Shown piece after piece: positions 40,790 to 50,969 of a stretch of DNA of 64,000 nucleotides. Origin of the DNA: Glaucostegus cemiculus (taxonomy: Eukaryota); NCBI GenBank assembly GCA_976551045.1, contig CDPCPM010000169.1, positions 3,658,001-3,722,000 on the forward strand, given 5' to 3'. Positions within the stretch are counted from its first letter, which is position 1. Every line of letters starts with the position of its first letter. A program made the position numbers and the translations under genes. The notes beneath the pieces are model-generated. The model was not told the DNA's origin and made no database searches. It saw nothing but the letters and a program-made list of their open reading frames with translations.

Positions 40790-42280
40790 TGCCTGGAGCT
40801 CTGCAGCCACAGCCCCACCATTGAATATCAGACCACCTGACAGTCACAGACTTCATTTCTGTGGGAATTCTTCCATCCACAGTCCCTAGCAGTATGGTCT
40901 CCCAACCCCATACAATCCACTTCCACCTCCTGCCTAAGTTTCAGAATAAGAACAATTCAGGCTAACCAATTGCCCCACTAAACTTATTTCTTCCTACCTT
41001 GACTCTATCCTTTCTGCCTGGTCCAGTCTCCTCCCACTTCTTTCCATGCACCTCTGATGCCCTCCCTGACAGTTCCCAATATCCTAGTCCCAACCAACAC
41101 AACACCTACCCATTACAAGCCCACAGACTTACACAGCTATCTTGACTATTACTATCACCCACCCCATTTCCTGAAAGGAGTCCATTTAATTCTCTCCGTT
41201 TCTCTGTCCCCATCATATCAGCTCTGATGATGAGTCTTTCCCCGCAGGTATCTCTGATATGTCTTCCTTTTTCTTTAATTGTGACTTCCCCTCCACCTGA
41301 GTTGTTAGAGCTCTTGACAATGCCTCAACTATTTTCTGCAACCCTATTCTCACTTTGTTTCCTCCTGAACATAGCAAGGTCCCTTTGTCCCCAGCAGACT
41401 CCACACTTAATGGATCATCCTTCCTAATTAAAGCTACCTTCAAACAGATTTCACCATGAGACACACCTTCCCCTCCCCTCACAGCATTCTGAAGGGATCA
41501 TGCCCTTTGCGACTCCCTGATTTCCCTCCCGCTATCTAAGAAACTAAACAGTCCTTCCAGGTGAAGTAGTGATTCATTTGCACTGCTACTAATCTGGTGT
41601 TTTGTAGTCAATGTTCATGATGCAGTCTCTGGAAAAAAACAAACATTGCTTGCATGACTGCTTTGCAGAGCACCTTTAGTCAGTCCACCTGAGCTTCCAC
41701 TTGCACATCACATCACATTCCCACTCTGCTTCCTACATTGTTCCAATGAGCCCCAATATAAGCCTGAGAAACAGTATTTCATCTTCTGTAAGGGGTTTTG
41801 CAGCCTTCAAATTTCAATATCAAATTCAACAGTTTCAGGTAAATTGCTTTCTCTGTTTGCATCTGTACTGGCTGGTTCTATTGTTGGTTAACCACCTGTA
41901 ATAATGACTCAGCTTTTCTCTCTCTATTAATACTACATGATCTGCTTGGCACCTCCTGCCACTTTAACCTGCATTTCACATCCTTTACATTTTTTTGGGG
42001 TTTGGTTTTCCTCTCTCTCTTTAACTACTCTCATTAATCTGTAAACCACAACCCTTCATCAACATCTTAGAACCATGGCAATCCTGGCCTCACCCTATCA
42101 AAGATGCTTCCTTTGACCTATTCATCCCTTCCTTCCTCCCCCACCCTCTCTGCAACTTAAAACTATCTTGCTTTCTCTCTTCCCTCATTCTGAGGACGAG
42201 CATCGAACCAAAACATGAATATAATTTCTCGTTCCACGTGGATTGCCTGTCCTGCTGAGTGTTTCTAGCAATTTTTTGTC
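40790..42280 (+). mobile_element. Penelope-like element relic inside the FAT4 8.2-kb intron
   Basis: YKPTD.HSYLDY remnant (tacaagcccacagacttacacagctatcttgactat), GIY-YIG remnant at about 41570-41680, and the same terminal motif at about 42240-42280. Confidence 0.75.
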
Positions 42281-43134
42281 CATATAAAGTATTTTTTCTT
42301 ACAACAAATAATATGATTATTTTGTTGATGGGGAACAAATTTCTCTACATAATTTGAATCATGGAATCATGCATAACATTTCAGTGACTACAATTTACAT
42401 GAGTACTCACATTAGAACAAGATAGGAAAATAATCAGTCCAACCCAGCTTAATTATACAATGGACTCGGAGCTCAAGGCCACAACAACCTGTACCATGTG
42501 ATCACAGTAACTGATGACAATAGAGGTTCCAGACAAGTTGGACAAAAGAATAATTTCAATTTTAAAAACAAAAAAAAAATGTTTTATCATTTATTCACTT
42601 CATATTCAGGTTTTCTAAAAACAAATCACCTTGTGTACACACTGACTTTTTCACCAAAGTGAAAGCCAGTGTCCTGCCTCCTTCCCTTCAGAAAATCTTA
42701 ACGACTATGCAGATCCAGGCTTTGGAGTTTAGTATGCAGTGTGAAGATGGAATGTCCAAACATATTCATTTTAAGTTTATTTGATAATCACTTTAATAAA
42801 TGTATTCCTTATTTCACCACTGAAGACTTTTTATACCAATTTTGAGCATTTAGTGATATTATAAAGTTAGTCTCAAAATTCAGTAGCCAAGTCTTCCAAA
42901 ACTCTTATCACGTATTTCCTAATATTTTGCATTTGTGCTGTCATCATTCCTCAAGCTGAATATATTGTTCAACATTAAAAGCCATTAATGCAAGATAGAA
43001 TGTATTAAAAATTACTAACAATGTGAAAAGACTCAACAATTAACTTACAGAAATTTGGATTATGAATTGAACAAGTGCTTTGCCTGAATGATTATACTCA
43101 AGGACTTAGAAAATGCATTGAGCTTCAACTATTT

Positions 43135-44092
43135 TTAGTGTTTTACATTGTTTTTCTTGTGTTCTGTGCCTTTTTTTGTGGTTTTTTTTGTGTTCAGTGG
43201 TTGTGTTTTATTTGGGGCTGCCGTCGACGGCACTGGCGGCTCGGAGGTAGTACCAGGGGGGACCTGGGAATGGGGAGTGTGGTCAAGCCTCGGGCTGCAG
43301 GCGGAGAAGAGGCCACCCGGGGAGCGTTGGCACTGCGTGAGCTCAGGTGGTGAATGGGGTCTCAGGACAGAGTGAGGCGACCAGGCAGGCCGAGTGGGAG
43401 GCAGGAGGTGGTCTAGCTTCAGGAGACTCTACTTCCTGTGGAGACTGAGGAAAGTGAACTCCCATCCTTCGATTATGCAAACTTTTTATAGAGGGACCAC
43501 TGAGAGCATCCTGACACACTGCATCACTATCTGGTTTGGGAGCAGCTCAGCTGCTGGACGGAAGTCCCTTCAGAGAATAGTGAGAGCAGCAGAGAAGATC
43601 ATAGGTGTCTCTCTACCCTCTATTGCGGATATATATGAGGATCGGTGTGTTAGAAAGGTCACAAAACAATGTCGGACCCTTCTCACCCCTCCTACCATCT
43701 CTTTGCACTCTTGCCATCTGGAAGAAGGCTCCAGTGCATCTGGGCAAGGACTACCAGACTGTGCAATAGCTTCTTCCCACAAGCTATCAGAACTGTGAAC
43801 TCCCTCATCCCTCCATCCCTCCCGCCAACACCAAAGGATGCTAGGCATACAGAAATGCACCAGTACTTTAAATGTCCATTGCCAGTATGTTCACTTTAAG
43901 ATTATTTATTTAAGTCGCTATTTAATTTTGTGGTGCCAATGTTTTTAGTGTCTTTCTGTCTTTGTGTCTCTCATTGTTTGTTTCTTTTTTATTAATGTGA
44001 CAAGCACCTTGACCTGTGGAGTACGGTATTTCACTCCTATGCATACTGAATGTGTATAAAGTAGTGACAATAAAAACTGATTCTGATTCTTC
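43135..44092 (+). mobile_element. Rex1/Babar-type LINE 3' portion with a GC-rich 5' segment
   Basis: RLYFLWRLRK...FYRGTTESILTHCITIWFG...DPSHPSYHLFALLPSGRR...NSFFPQAIR (frameshifted), ending gacaataaaaactgattctgattct. Confidence 0.85.
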
Positions 44093-46059
44093 TTCATTGG
44101 ATTTCACGATATTTGCATTTGAATGACTTTGCATTTCATAATATTTTTGTACATCTTTAGTTACATAACTACACATTGTGTTGTGATTTTACATGAGTTC
44201 AGAATGTGGACTAAGAAAAATATAAGGTAAAATTATGCTTATTATCCTCATTTACCTTTTGGTGGCATGAAATTACATATTTCCTTTACCTGTTTATGCA
44301 GTTCTTTCTGGACATTGCAATTGCCTTCAGATAATAAAGATGAGCTAATTCTCCACAAACATCACCCTTCCTGCTTGTTGGAAACTTCAAAACTATGTCT
44401 TAAAACTCCTTTAAGTCTCCATGTGCCTCATTTCACCTCTATGCCTCCATGCACCTGGATTCAGGAACTCAGTAGATTACGAGGAATCATGTTGATGTCC
44501 TTTCTCTACCATAGCACACTGACAATCTATTAAAAGGTTTCCTCTCTAGGAAATAAATATTTAGTTACACATTACTGCAATTGGAATAGCTGGAATAGCA
44601 ACTGTTAAATCTGTCGTAATTAAGAACTTGTTCAACAGGATTGCATAACCACGACTTTATATTAAAAAAAACCCTGCTTTGTAAAATTGAAGGAACATCA
44701 AGTCTGGTATATCATAATTAGATCCTGATGTGGATTTAGCATGGTGTGAAAATAAATCACAGTCCTATTTCACTTTCTCATATGTGAAAAAAAAGTTATC
44801 ATCACCCTGTGACTTTCAAGAAGTGCAGTGTGTTCTTTGTTACTGAGTTATGATCCCTTGCCTGTGCTGAATTAACTAATCTCAGTTGGCCAACAGTTAA
44901 GGCAACACAATTGGAAACAGTGGTCTAAATCTTGTGTCCCAAAAACCTGGTGGACTGGGGTCATGTCCATGGATAAAGTACAAAAAATCTGAAGTGGTAC
45001 CTCAAATTAACATTTTGCTTTAATGGCATCAGGAAGAGTATAATGCAGCCGATTTACTCCCAGGAAACAAGTTGGTCTCAAATGTTATAATAAGGCTGCT
45101 TCTCTTCATTTTAATCGTCTTTTTTTTAAAAACCACAAGTTACAGCATTTCCCACTCCTTGGGAAACCTGCCAGATGAAAGATGATGAAGAGGACTGAAT
45201 ATGTTTGGTAAATATCTTGATAATGAAACTTGTGGGCCAGAAATACCAAAACCAAGAAGCTACAAATACACGCATGCGCACACACCCAAATAACCACATG
45301 AATCTCTTACGCTGCCATCTCCATTTCAATCAGAACCCCACCTCTAGAATCCTCTGCAATGCCACAATTAGGACCAGACTCAGCTTGCAGGGCAAGAAGT
45401 CTATGTTCCACAACCTGAAATCCAGCCCCTCCAAAGAAGACATTCCACAGAATCTCAACTTCCTCCCTTGACCTGGGTACTCTTTCTCTGATTCCACAAT
45501 GATTTTCTGCCCAATTGCACTCAAGTGTTTGCATTCTGGAAAGATTCCCACCCGAAAGGCCCCTAAGGGCAGTCCTGCTGTTAAATTCTCTCCTGGGCAG
45601 ATCTCAATTCCAGGCCAATATTGTTCAAACCTGAATCAGGAAAATTTGCTATTTGATAAGACACCAAAGGGCCATCACTGTTTGTGGAATTGCATTCTGG
45701 GAATAACATAGTAGGAATAGACAAGTGAAGGAAAATATTAAGTAAGCACCAAATGCTTAGAATTTATCTATGAGTTTCCTTTTTTTTTGAGCACCCAATC
45801 TTGGTCATTCTAGATGAAAGATGCTGATTGGAGACTCTCCACTTTCTGAGGAAGGTCAGGGAAATTTAAGCAAGTCATAACCCAGCAGGGTGTTTCCTGG
45901 CGAATGGCCCATAGATGTGGTCTGGAAACAGGCTATTTAACTTCAGATAGTATGTAATCCAGGGTCACCATGAGGAATCAATGACAGGCATGTGTCATTT
46001 TGTTGATCTTAGCTGTAGCTGAATGTGAAGTTTTCTATTTATAAACATCCTTAAGGGAG

Positions 46060-46188
46060 TACTGAAGAGCAAAGGGTCATCAGTGTAGAAATCCAAGGAT
46101 CCCTGAAGGTGGCAGGACAAGTAAGGTAACGTAGTGAAGAAGGGGTATGGGATACTTACCTTCATTAGCTAAGATATAGAATATTTAG
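46060..46188 (+). mobile_element. Short CR1 ORF2 fragment
   Basis: tccctgaaggtggcaggacaagt...gtgaagaaggggtatgggatacttaccttcattagc resembles the SLKVA.QV..VVKKAYGML.FI region. Confidence 0.6.
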
Positions 46189-46189
46189 A

Positions 46190-46537
46190 CCAGCAGTGAC
46201 ACAAACAGTCGAGCCGGTGCCTGGTACCAAATATTTGGTTCAATCCTGACCTCAGCTGCTGTATGTGTGGAGTTTGAATGTTTTCCCTGTGACCATGTGG
46301 GTTTTCTCCAGGTGCTCCAGTTTCCTCCAACATCCCAAAGACATCCTGTCATGTGATAGCTGAATTGGCCACTGTAAATTGCCCTTAGTGTGTAGGCAAG
46401 TGAAAGAATTTGGAGAGAGTTGGTGAGAATGTGGGGAGAACAAAATATGGAATTAACGTAGGTTTAATGTAAGTGGGTGGTTGATGGTCAGCACAGACTT
46501 GATGGGCCAAAAGGCCAGTTTCTGTGTTGTATCTCTC
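46190..46537 (+). mobile_element. V-SINE/HE1-like SINE
   Basis: B box GGTTCAATCC, V domain gtgggttttctccaggtgctccagtttcctcc, CR1-like tail gggccaaaaggccagtttctgtgttgtatctct. Confidence 0.85.
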
Positions 46538-47184
46538 GGTCTTTATGGCTCATTGTTATATTAATGTGCTCCTTGCAGATTGCCAGGATCAGTGACTCAT
46601 AAACTCACTAAGATACCTCCCTACAACAAGGGTGTGGGAATCAGAGATCCAGCCATCCAGCTTCTTGTGAAGGATTGAACATAAATGATAGATGAAAAGA
46701 TCACTGATAAAAAAAAGCAATTACCAGCAAAATAGCTAAGACATAACAGTTTCTTCAGAATAAGGTTATAACACAGAAGTCATCATTAATTTTCCAAGAC
46801 CCTTCATCTCCAACTAGATCAATTTTATCTCTAACTGAAGCAGTTTCTGGCACAACATGTAACGCACAGTGCAAACTTCAATGGCTGATTAGGGCCAATC
46901 TCCCTGGAAAATTGTGAAAAAGTCATCTGCACATGCTCAAGAAGCATACCTTGAAAATGTGTTTGGAGCGCATCCAAAAGTAATGGGGGGAGGAACAACA
47001 GCTGCGGCAGCCTGTCCCTGAAACAAGGCTCTTAACGTTGGGACGTCTGTTAACAGCAGCCTGGGAGGATTCCAGCTCCTCCTCACGCTTCCACTCTACA
47101 GCGTGCGCTACTTTGTTGTAGTTACGTATTTGTGCCGCATGCTAAGTGAAAACAAACAATGTATTTCGCTACAAATGGTCTAAC

Positions 47185-49395
47185 CTGCAGCTGATAAGCC
47201 GTCCTCTCCTCTCGGTCCAGTGAGAGCCTGGTGGAGATGACCCCGGTGCGGTGGTTGACCTGGAACCTGGAGGTGTCTCCCGCCGTGATGGTGTAGCTGA
47301 CCGTCCCGTTGCTGCCCAGATCCGGGTCGGCCGCCGACACGGTGGTGATGTAGGCGCCGGGCGGCTCGTTCTCCTTAATGTTGGCGAAGTACTGCAGCGG
47401 GTAGAAGGTCGGGCTGTTGTCGTTGATGTCCAGCAGCGTGACGTTGACCCGGGCCACCGAGGAGAGCGGCGGCTCGCCCTTATCGCGGGCTTGCACCCAC
47501 AGGACATAGTCGGGCCGCTGCTCCCGGTCCAGCTCGGTGAGGCAGGTGAGGAGGCCGGACACCGGGTCCAGGCGGAAGAGTTGCCGGTAAGCGGGCGGGG
47601 TGTCGGGGGCCAGCAGGTAGCGCACGGTGCCGTTGGCGCCCAGATCCTTGTCGACGGCGGTGAGGGCGGCCAGCGGCGTGCCCGGCGGCGAGTGCTCGGC
47701 GATGGCCGAGCGGTAGGAGGGCCGGGTGAAGGTGGGCGCCTGGTCGTTGACGTCGCCGATGGTGATGCTGAGGGTGGTGTAGGAGGTGCGCGGCTGCAGG
47801 CCCTGGTCGCGGGCGCTGATGTTGAGCCGGAGCTCGGCCGCCGTCTCCCGGTCGAGGGCGGCGGCGCTGGTGATGAGGCCGCTCTCCTCGCTGATGTTGA
47901 ACCAGCCCAGCCGGTTGCCGGACACCACCGAGTAGCGGAGCTGCGCGTTGAGGCCCGAGTCGCCGTCGGTCGCCCTCAGGCCGCCGATGTAGCTGCCGAG
48001 CGGCACGTCCTCGGCCACCTGCACCTGGTAGAGCGGCCGCTCGAAGACGGGCGGGTGGTCGTTGATGTCGTTGATGAAGATGAGTAGGCTGGCGAGCGAG
48101 GAGCGGCCGAGCGGCAGGCCGTGGTCGCACACCGACACGGTCAGGTTGTAGGCCGGGATGCGCTCCCGGTCCAGGGCGCTGGCCACTTTGATCAGGCTGA
48201 GGCCGGGCACCGGCGACCGCTGCACCGAGAAGTGCAGCTGCTCGTTGCCCGCCAGGATGGAGACGGAGATGTTGCCGTTGGCCGTCGCGTCGGCGTCGCT
48301 GACCGTCAGCAGCGCCACCACCGTGCCGATCGGCGCGTTCTCGTCCACCGCCGCGAAGCGGGAGCTGGCCGGCAGGTAGCGGAACTTCACCAGCGGGTCG
48401 TTGTCGTTCACGTCCAGCAGCTTGACCGTGGCCTCGGTGCGGCCGCTCAGCGAGGGGCTGCCGCCGTCGCTGGCCCGGATCACCAGCGAGTACTCCTTCC
48501 TCGTCTCGTAGTCCAGCTCCTCCTTGACGGTGAGCACCCCGGTCAGCGGCTCCATGTGGAAGGGGCTGCCCTCGTCCACCGAGTACACCAGGTCGGCGTT
48601 GGCGCCCTGGTCCAGGTCGCTGGCCGTCACCTGCAGCACGCTGGAGCCGACGGGCACACTCTCGTAGACGCTGGCCTGGTAGTGAGCCTGCGAGAAGCGC
48701 GGCGAGTTGTCGTTGGTGTCCTGAACGGTGACATTGACCTGCAGGTAGCCGAACCTCTTGGGCTGCCCGCGGTCTTCCACCTCCACCAGCAGCTGGTAGA
48801 AAGGCTCCGTCTCCCTGTCCAGCCCGTCGGTCGACACCAGGTGCAGGAAGGCGCCTTCCCCGCTCGGGTTGACCGTGATGTCCAGGCGGAATTTCCCTTC
48901 TTCGTTGCCCTGCACGATGCGGTAGGAGCGGTGGTCCACCCCGTTGGAGCCGATGTCTGCGTCGGTGGCCGTGTCCAGGATCACCTGCCGCCCGCCGCTG
49001 GGATCCTCCCTGAAGCTCACCACGATGCTGGGCTCGGGGAAGACGGGCGCGTTGTCGTTGACATCCAGCACGACGATGCGGACCTCGGTGGGGTAGGTGG
49101 GCTGGCTGGACAACACCACGATGTTGATCACGTCGCTGGACAAGGATTCGCGATCGATCACCGAGGTGGTGCAGATGACACCTGTGGTGGCGTTGATAGC
49201 GAACAACGCGTGGTTCTCGCTGAAGCGGTAGATGAAGTCGGGCTTGGTGAGTATGGTGCCCACCAGGGTCTCGGGCGGCAGCTCCTCCTCGATCTGAAAC
49301 ACTTGGCGGAGTTGGTTGGACGCGGCATCCCAGCAAAAGCTCAGAAGCACCAGCAAGACGGCGAGAAGATTGCAGCTTCTACCTAACGGTACCAT
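47185..49395 (-). CDS. FAT4: Protocadherin Fat 4, first coding exon (signal peptide plus cadherin repeats EC1 to part of EC7), 737 codons
   Basis: ORF 47122-49395 translates to a hydrophobic signal peptide then RQVFQIEEELPPETLVGTI...GVDHRSYRIVQGNEEGKFRLDITVNPSGEGAFLHLVS, nearly collinear with vertebrate FAT4 as I recall it, with repeated LDRE/DxNDN cadherin motifs. Start is in strong Kozak context (ACCATGG). Homology stops at AYQLQ, where the donor CAG|GTTAGA lies (GT at 47184-47183); 2211 nt, phase 0. Confidence 0.96.
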
Positions 49396-50079
49396 GGTAC
49401 AGGAGTGTTCTCAGGTCACCTTTCCAGCAAGATATAGCTTTTCCAAAATGCATCAAATCTGAGCGAACCTAGGGGCTAATCCTAGCAAAGGTACCGCTGG
49501 AGTACCTTGTAAACGGGCACCGTCTCCACGATTTATAGAAAAAGAAATAAAAACTAGTTTGTGTTTCTTCAATCGCTTCTCTTCAGAAAGCTTTTTCAAA
49601 GCAGCTTTAGGCGTTTTCATAAAGTTGCTGTAAACTTTTGGTTGATACACTCCAACTCTGTAATAGCGTTTTTATCCCCCTGTTATGTCCTAACTTGCAG
49701 ATTGCTGGGGGAGAGAGTGTTCAGATACAGTTTCAGCGCACTGCCGCTTTCGCTCCGGCACCAATAAAGACATGACTCGCTTTGGTCATTCCCCGGGATC
49801 TTGCTTTCTTCCACACTCTCCCAACACAAACCAAACTCTACAGCACAGGAAAGACTCCGCCCGCCCCTCAATCTGCCGCTGCTGCTCTGACCATTGGTTC
49901 GTACTTGCATCCCACCGCTCCCCCCCCCCCTTCCCAAATTGTGTTCGTCCCCCTGCGGGCAATGCTGCCGTCAATCACAATGAGTGGCGGCGGGTCCCCC
50001 CCCCCTCCTCCCTCACCCTCCTCCCGGGAACGTAGGTTGAGCCAGCATGTGATGTAAGGTGAGGGCCGAGAATGAGGAG

Positions 50080-50112
50080 AAGGGGGCGTGGTTAATGGGG
50101 CCGTGCATTGGA
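50080..50112 (-). promoter_or_regulatory. Candidate FAT4 proximal promoter elements (Sp/KLF GC box and CCAAT box)
   Basis: GGGGCGTGG at about 50083-50091 and CATTGG (CCAATG on the minus strand) at about 50106-50111, roughly 700 bp upstream of the ATG. The TSS is not determinable from sequence. Confidence 0.45.
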
Positions 50113-50969
50113 ACCGTTAGCTGGTTACAGGAATAACTTAAGGATTTGCGGCTCGGGTTTATGTGGCAATGGGTTGCGGGCGATGTGATTCGCAGGGGGT
50201 GGTGACATTTTTAAAGCGAAAGTTAGATTTGCCACTATGTACCAATATCCAATGTAAATTCCGTGCCTTTTTACTCTGATCAACTTCTGCTACGTGTTGA
50301 AAATACTGGTGGATAGAGCGCTGAATGTGAGCCGGACCGTTACGTGTTCCACATAGTTCAAGTGAAGAATGTCAAACTCTCAGTCTGACTGGACCCATTG
50401 CAGCCATTCAATCAGATTTGTTTTCAGCTGTCACCTCTTTACCACTTACTTGATAAATAACGAACATGCCAGCCAATTTTAATTGTGCGAAATATACTAT
50501 GTAAATAAGAAGATAAAATAAGTTGAAATCCAGTTAATAATAAAAGCGAGTCCGACACCGTGTGGCGAAGTTTTACAGAGAGTAGACGATCACTGAAAAC
50601 CATTTTAATCCGGTTAAAGAATTTAAATTTCATAAAGCAGCAGCGCCAGCAACTTTCCGAAACTTAAAAAGTACCATATTGCCAAAAATATCCTGAGCCT
50701 TTCGCTGCAGCATTTCTTTCTGTTAATGGAGCAAATCGCAAGCTCAGAATTGATCGTGCGCGATACAACAGCGTCCTCCAGTGTTTAATCGGAGTTGATG
50801 CGAGTATATGTCATGTTAGACGCTGTACTCCTCCTGTGCTTACTTCAGACCACCCAAGGCATTTACAAATAATTTTGATGTGACTGATGTGAAGGGCATC
50901 TTCAGGCTTTTCAGATGTTATCAACTTACTATTAAGTAAAAAAAAAATGCAGAATCCAACACTGCAAGT

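Larger units (their letters stand above)
38996..47184 (-). other. FAT4: FAT4 phase-0 GT-AG intron (8,189 bp) between the two coding exons
   Basis: GT donor and AG acceptor with branch-point-like CTAAT near 39023-39027; splicing restores QLQ|VVATDGG with no gap. Confidence 0.92.
47185..50830. promoter_or_regulatory. CpG island covering the FAT4 promoter, leader and first coding exon
   Basis: CpG dinucleotides are dense across 47.2-49.4 kb and stay elevated to about 50.8 kb, against a CpG-depleted, AT-rich background elsewhere (judged by eye). Confidence 0.8.

Noticed and set aside
43394-43899. ORFs resembling the DUF1891/ALKBH8 N-terminal-like domain (also 60269-60772 and 63438-63759)
   Set aside because: These are the frameshifted C-terminus of Rex1/Babar LINE ORFs present in several copies, not host genes.
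45100-45720. Cluster of overlapping short ORFs and an NRF1-like CGCATGCGCA motif in the intron
   Set aside because: No recognisable protein similarity or splice structure; a single motif is not enough to call a promoter.
47169-49386. Long alternative-frame and antisense ORFs over FAT4 exon 1 (618, 421, 278 and 112 aa)
   Set aside because: Expected by-product of extreme G/C third-position bias, which removes stop codons from shifted and antisense frames. The products are low-complexity with no recognisable domain.
49389-49400. 12-bp palindrome GTACCATGGTAC centred on the FAT4 start codon
   Set aside because: The core CCATGG is forced by the Kozak context, and a few 12-bp palindromes are expected by chance in 64 kb.
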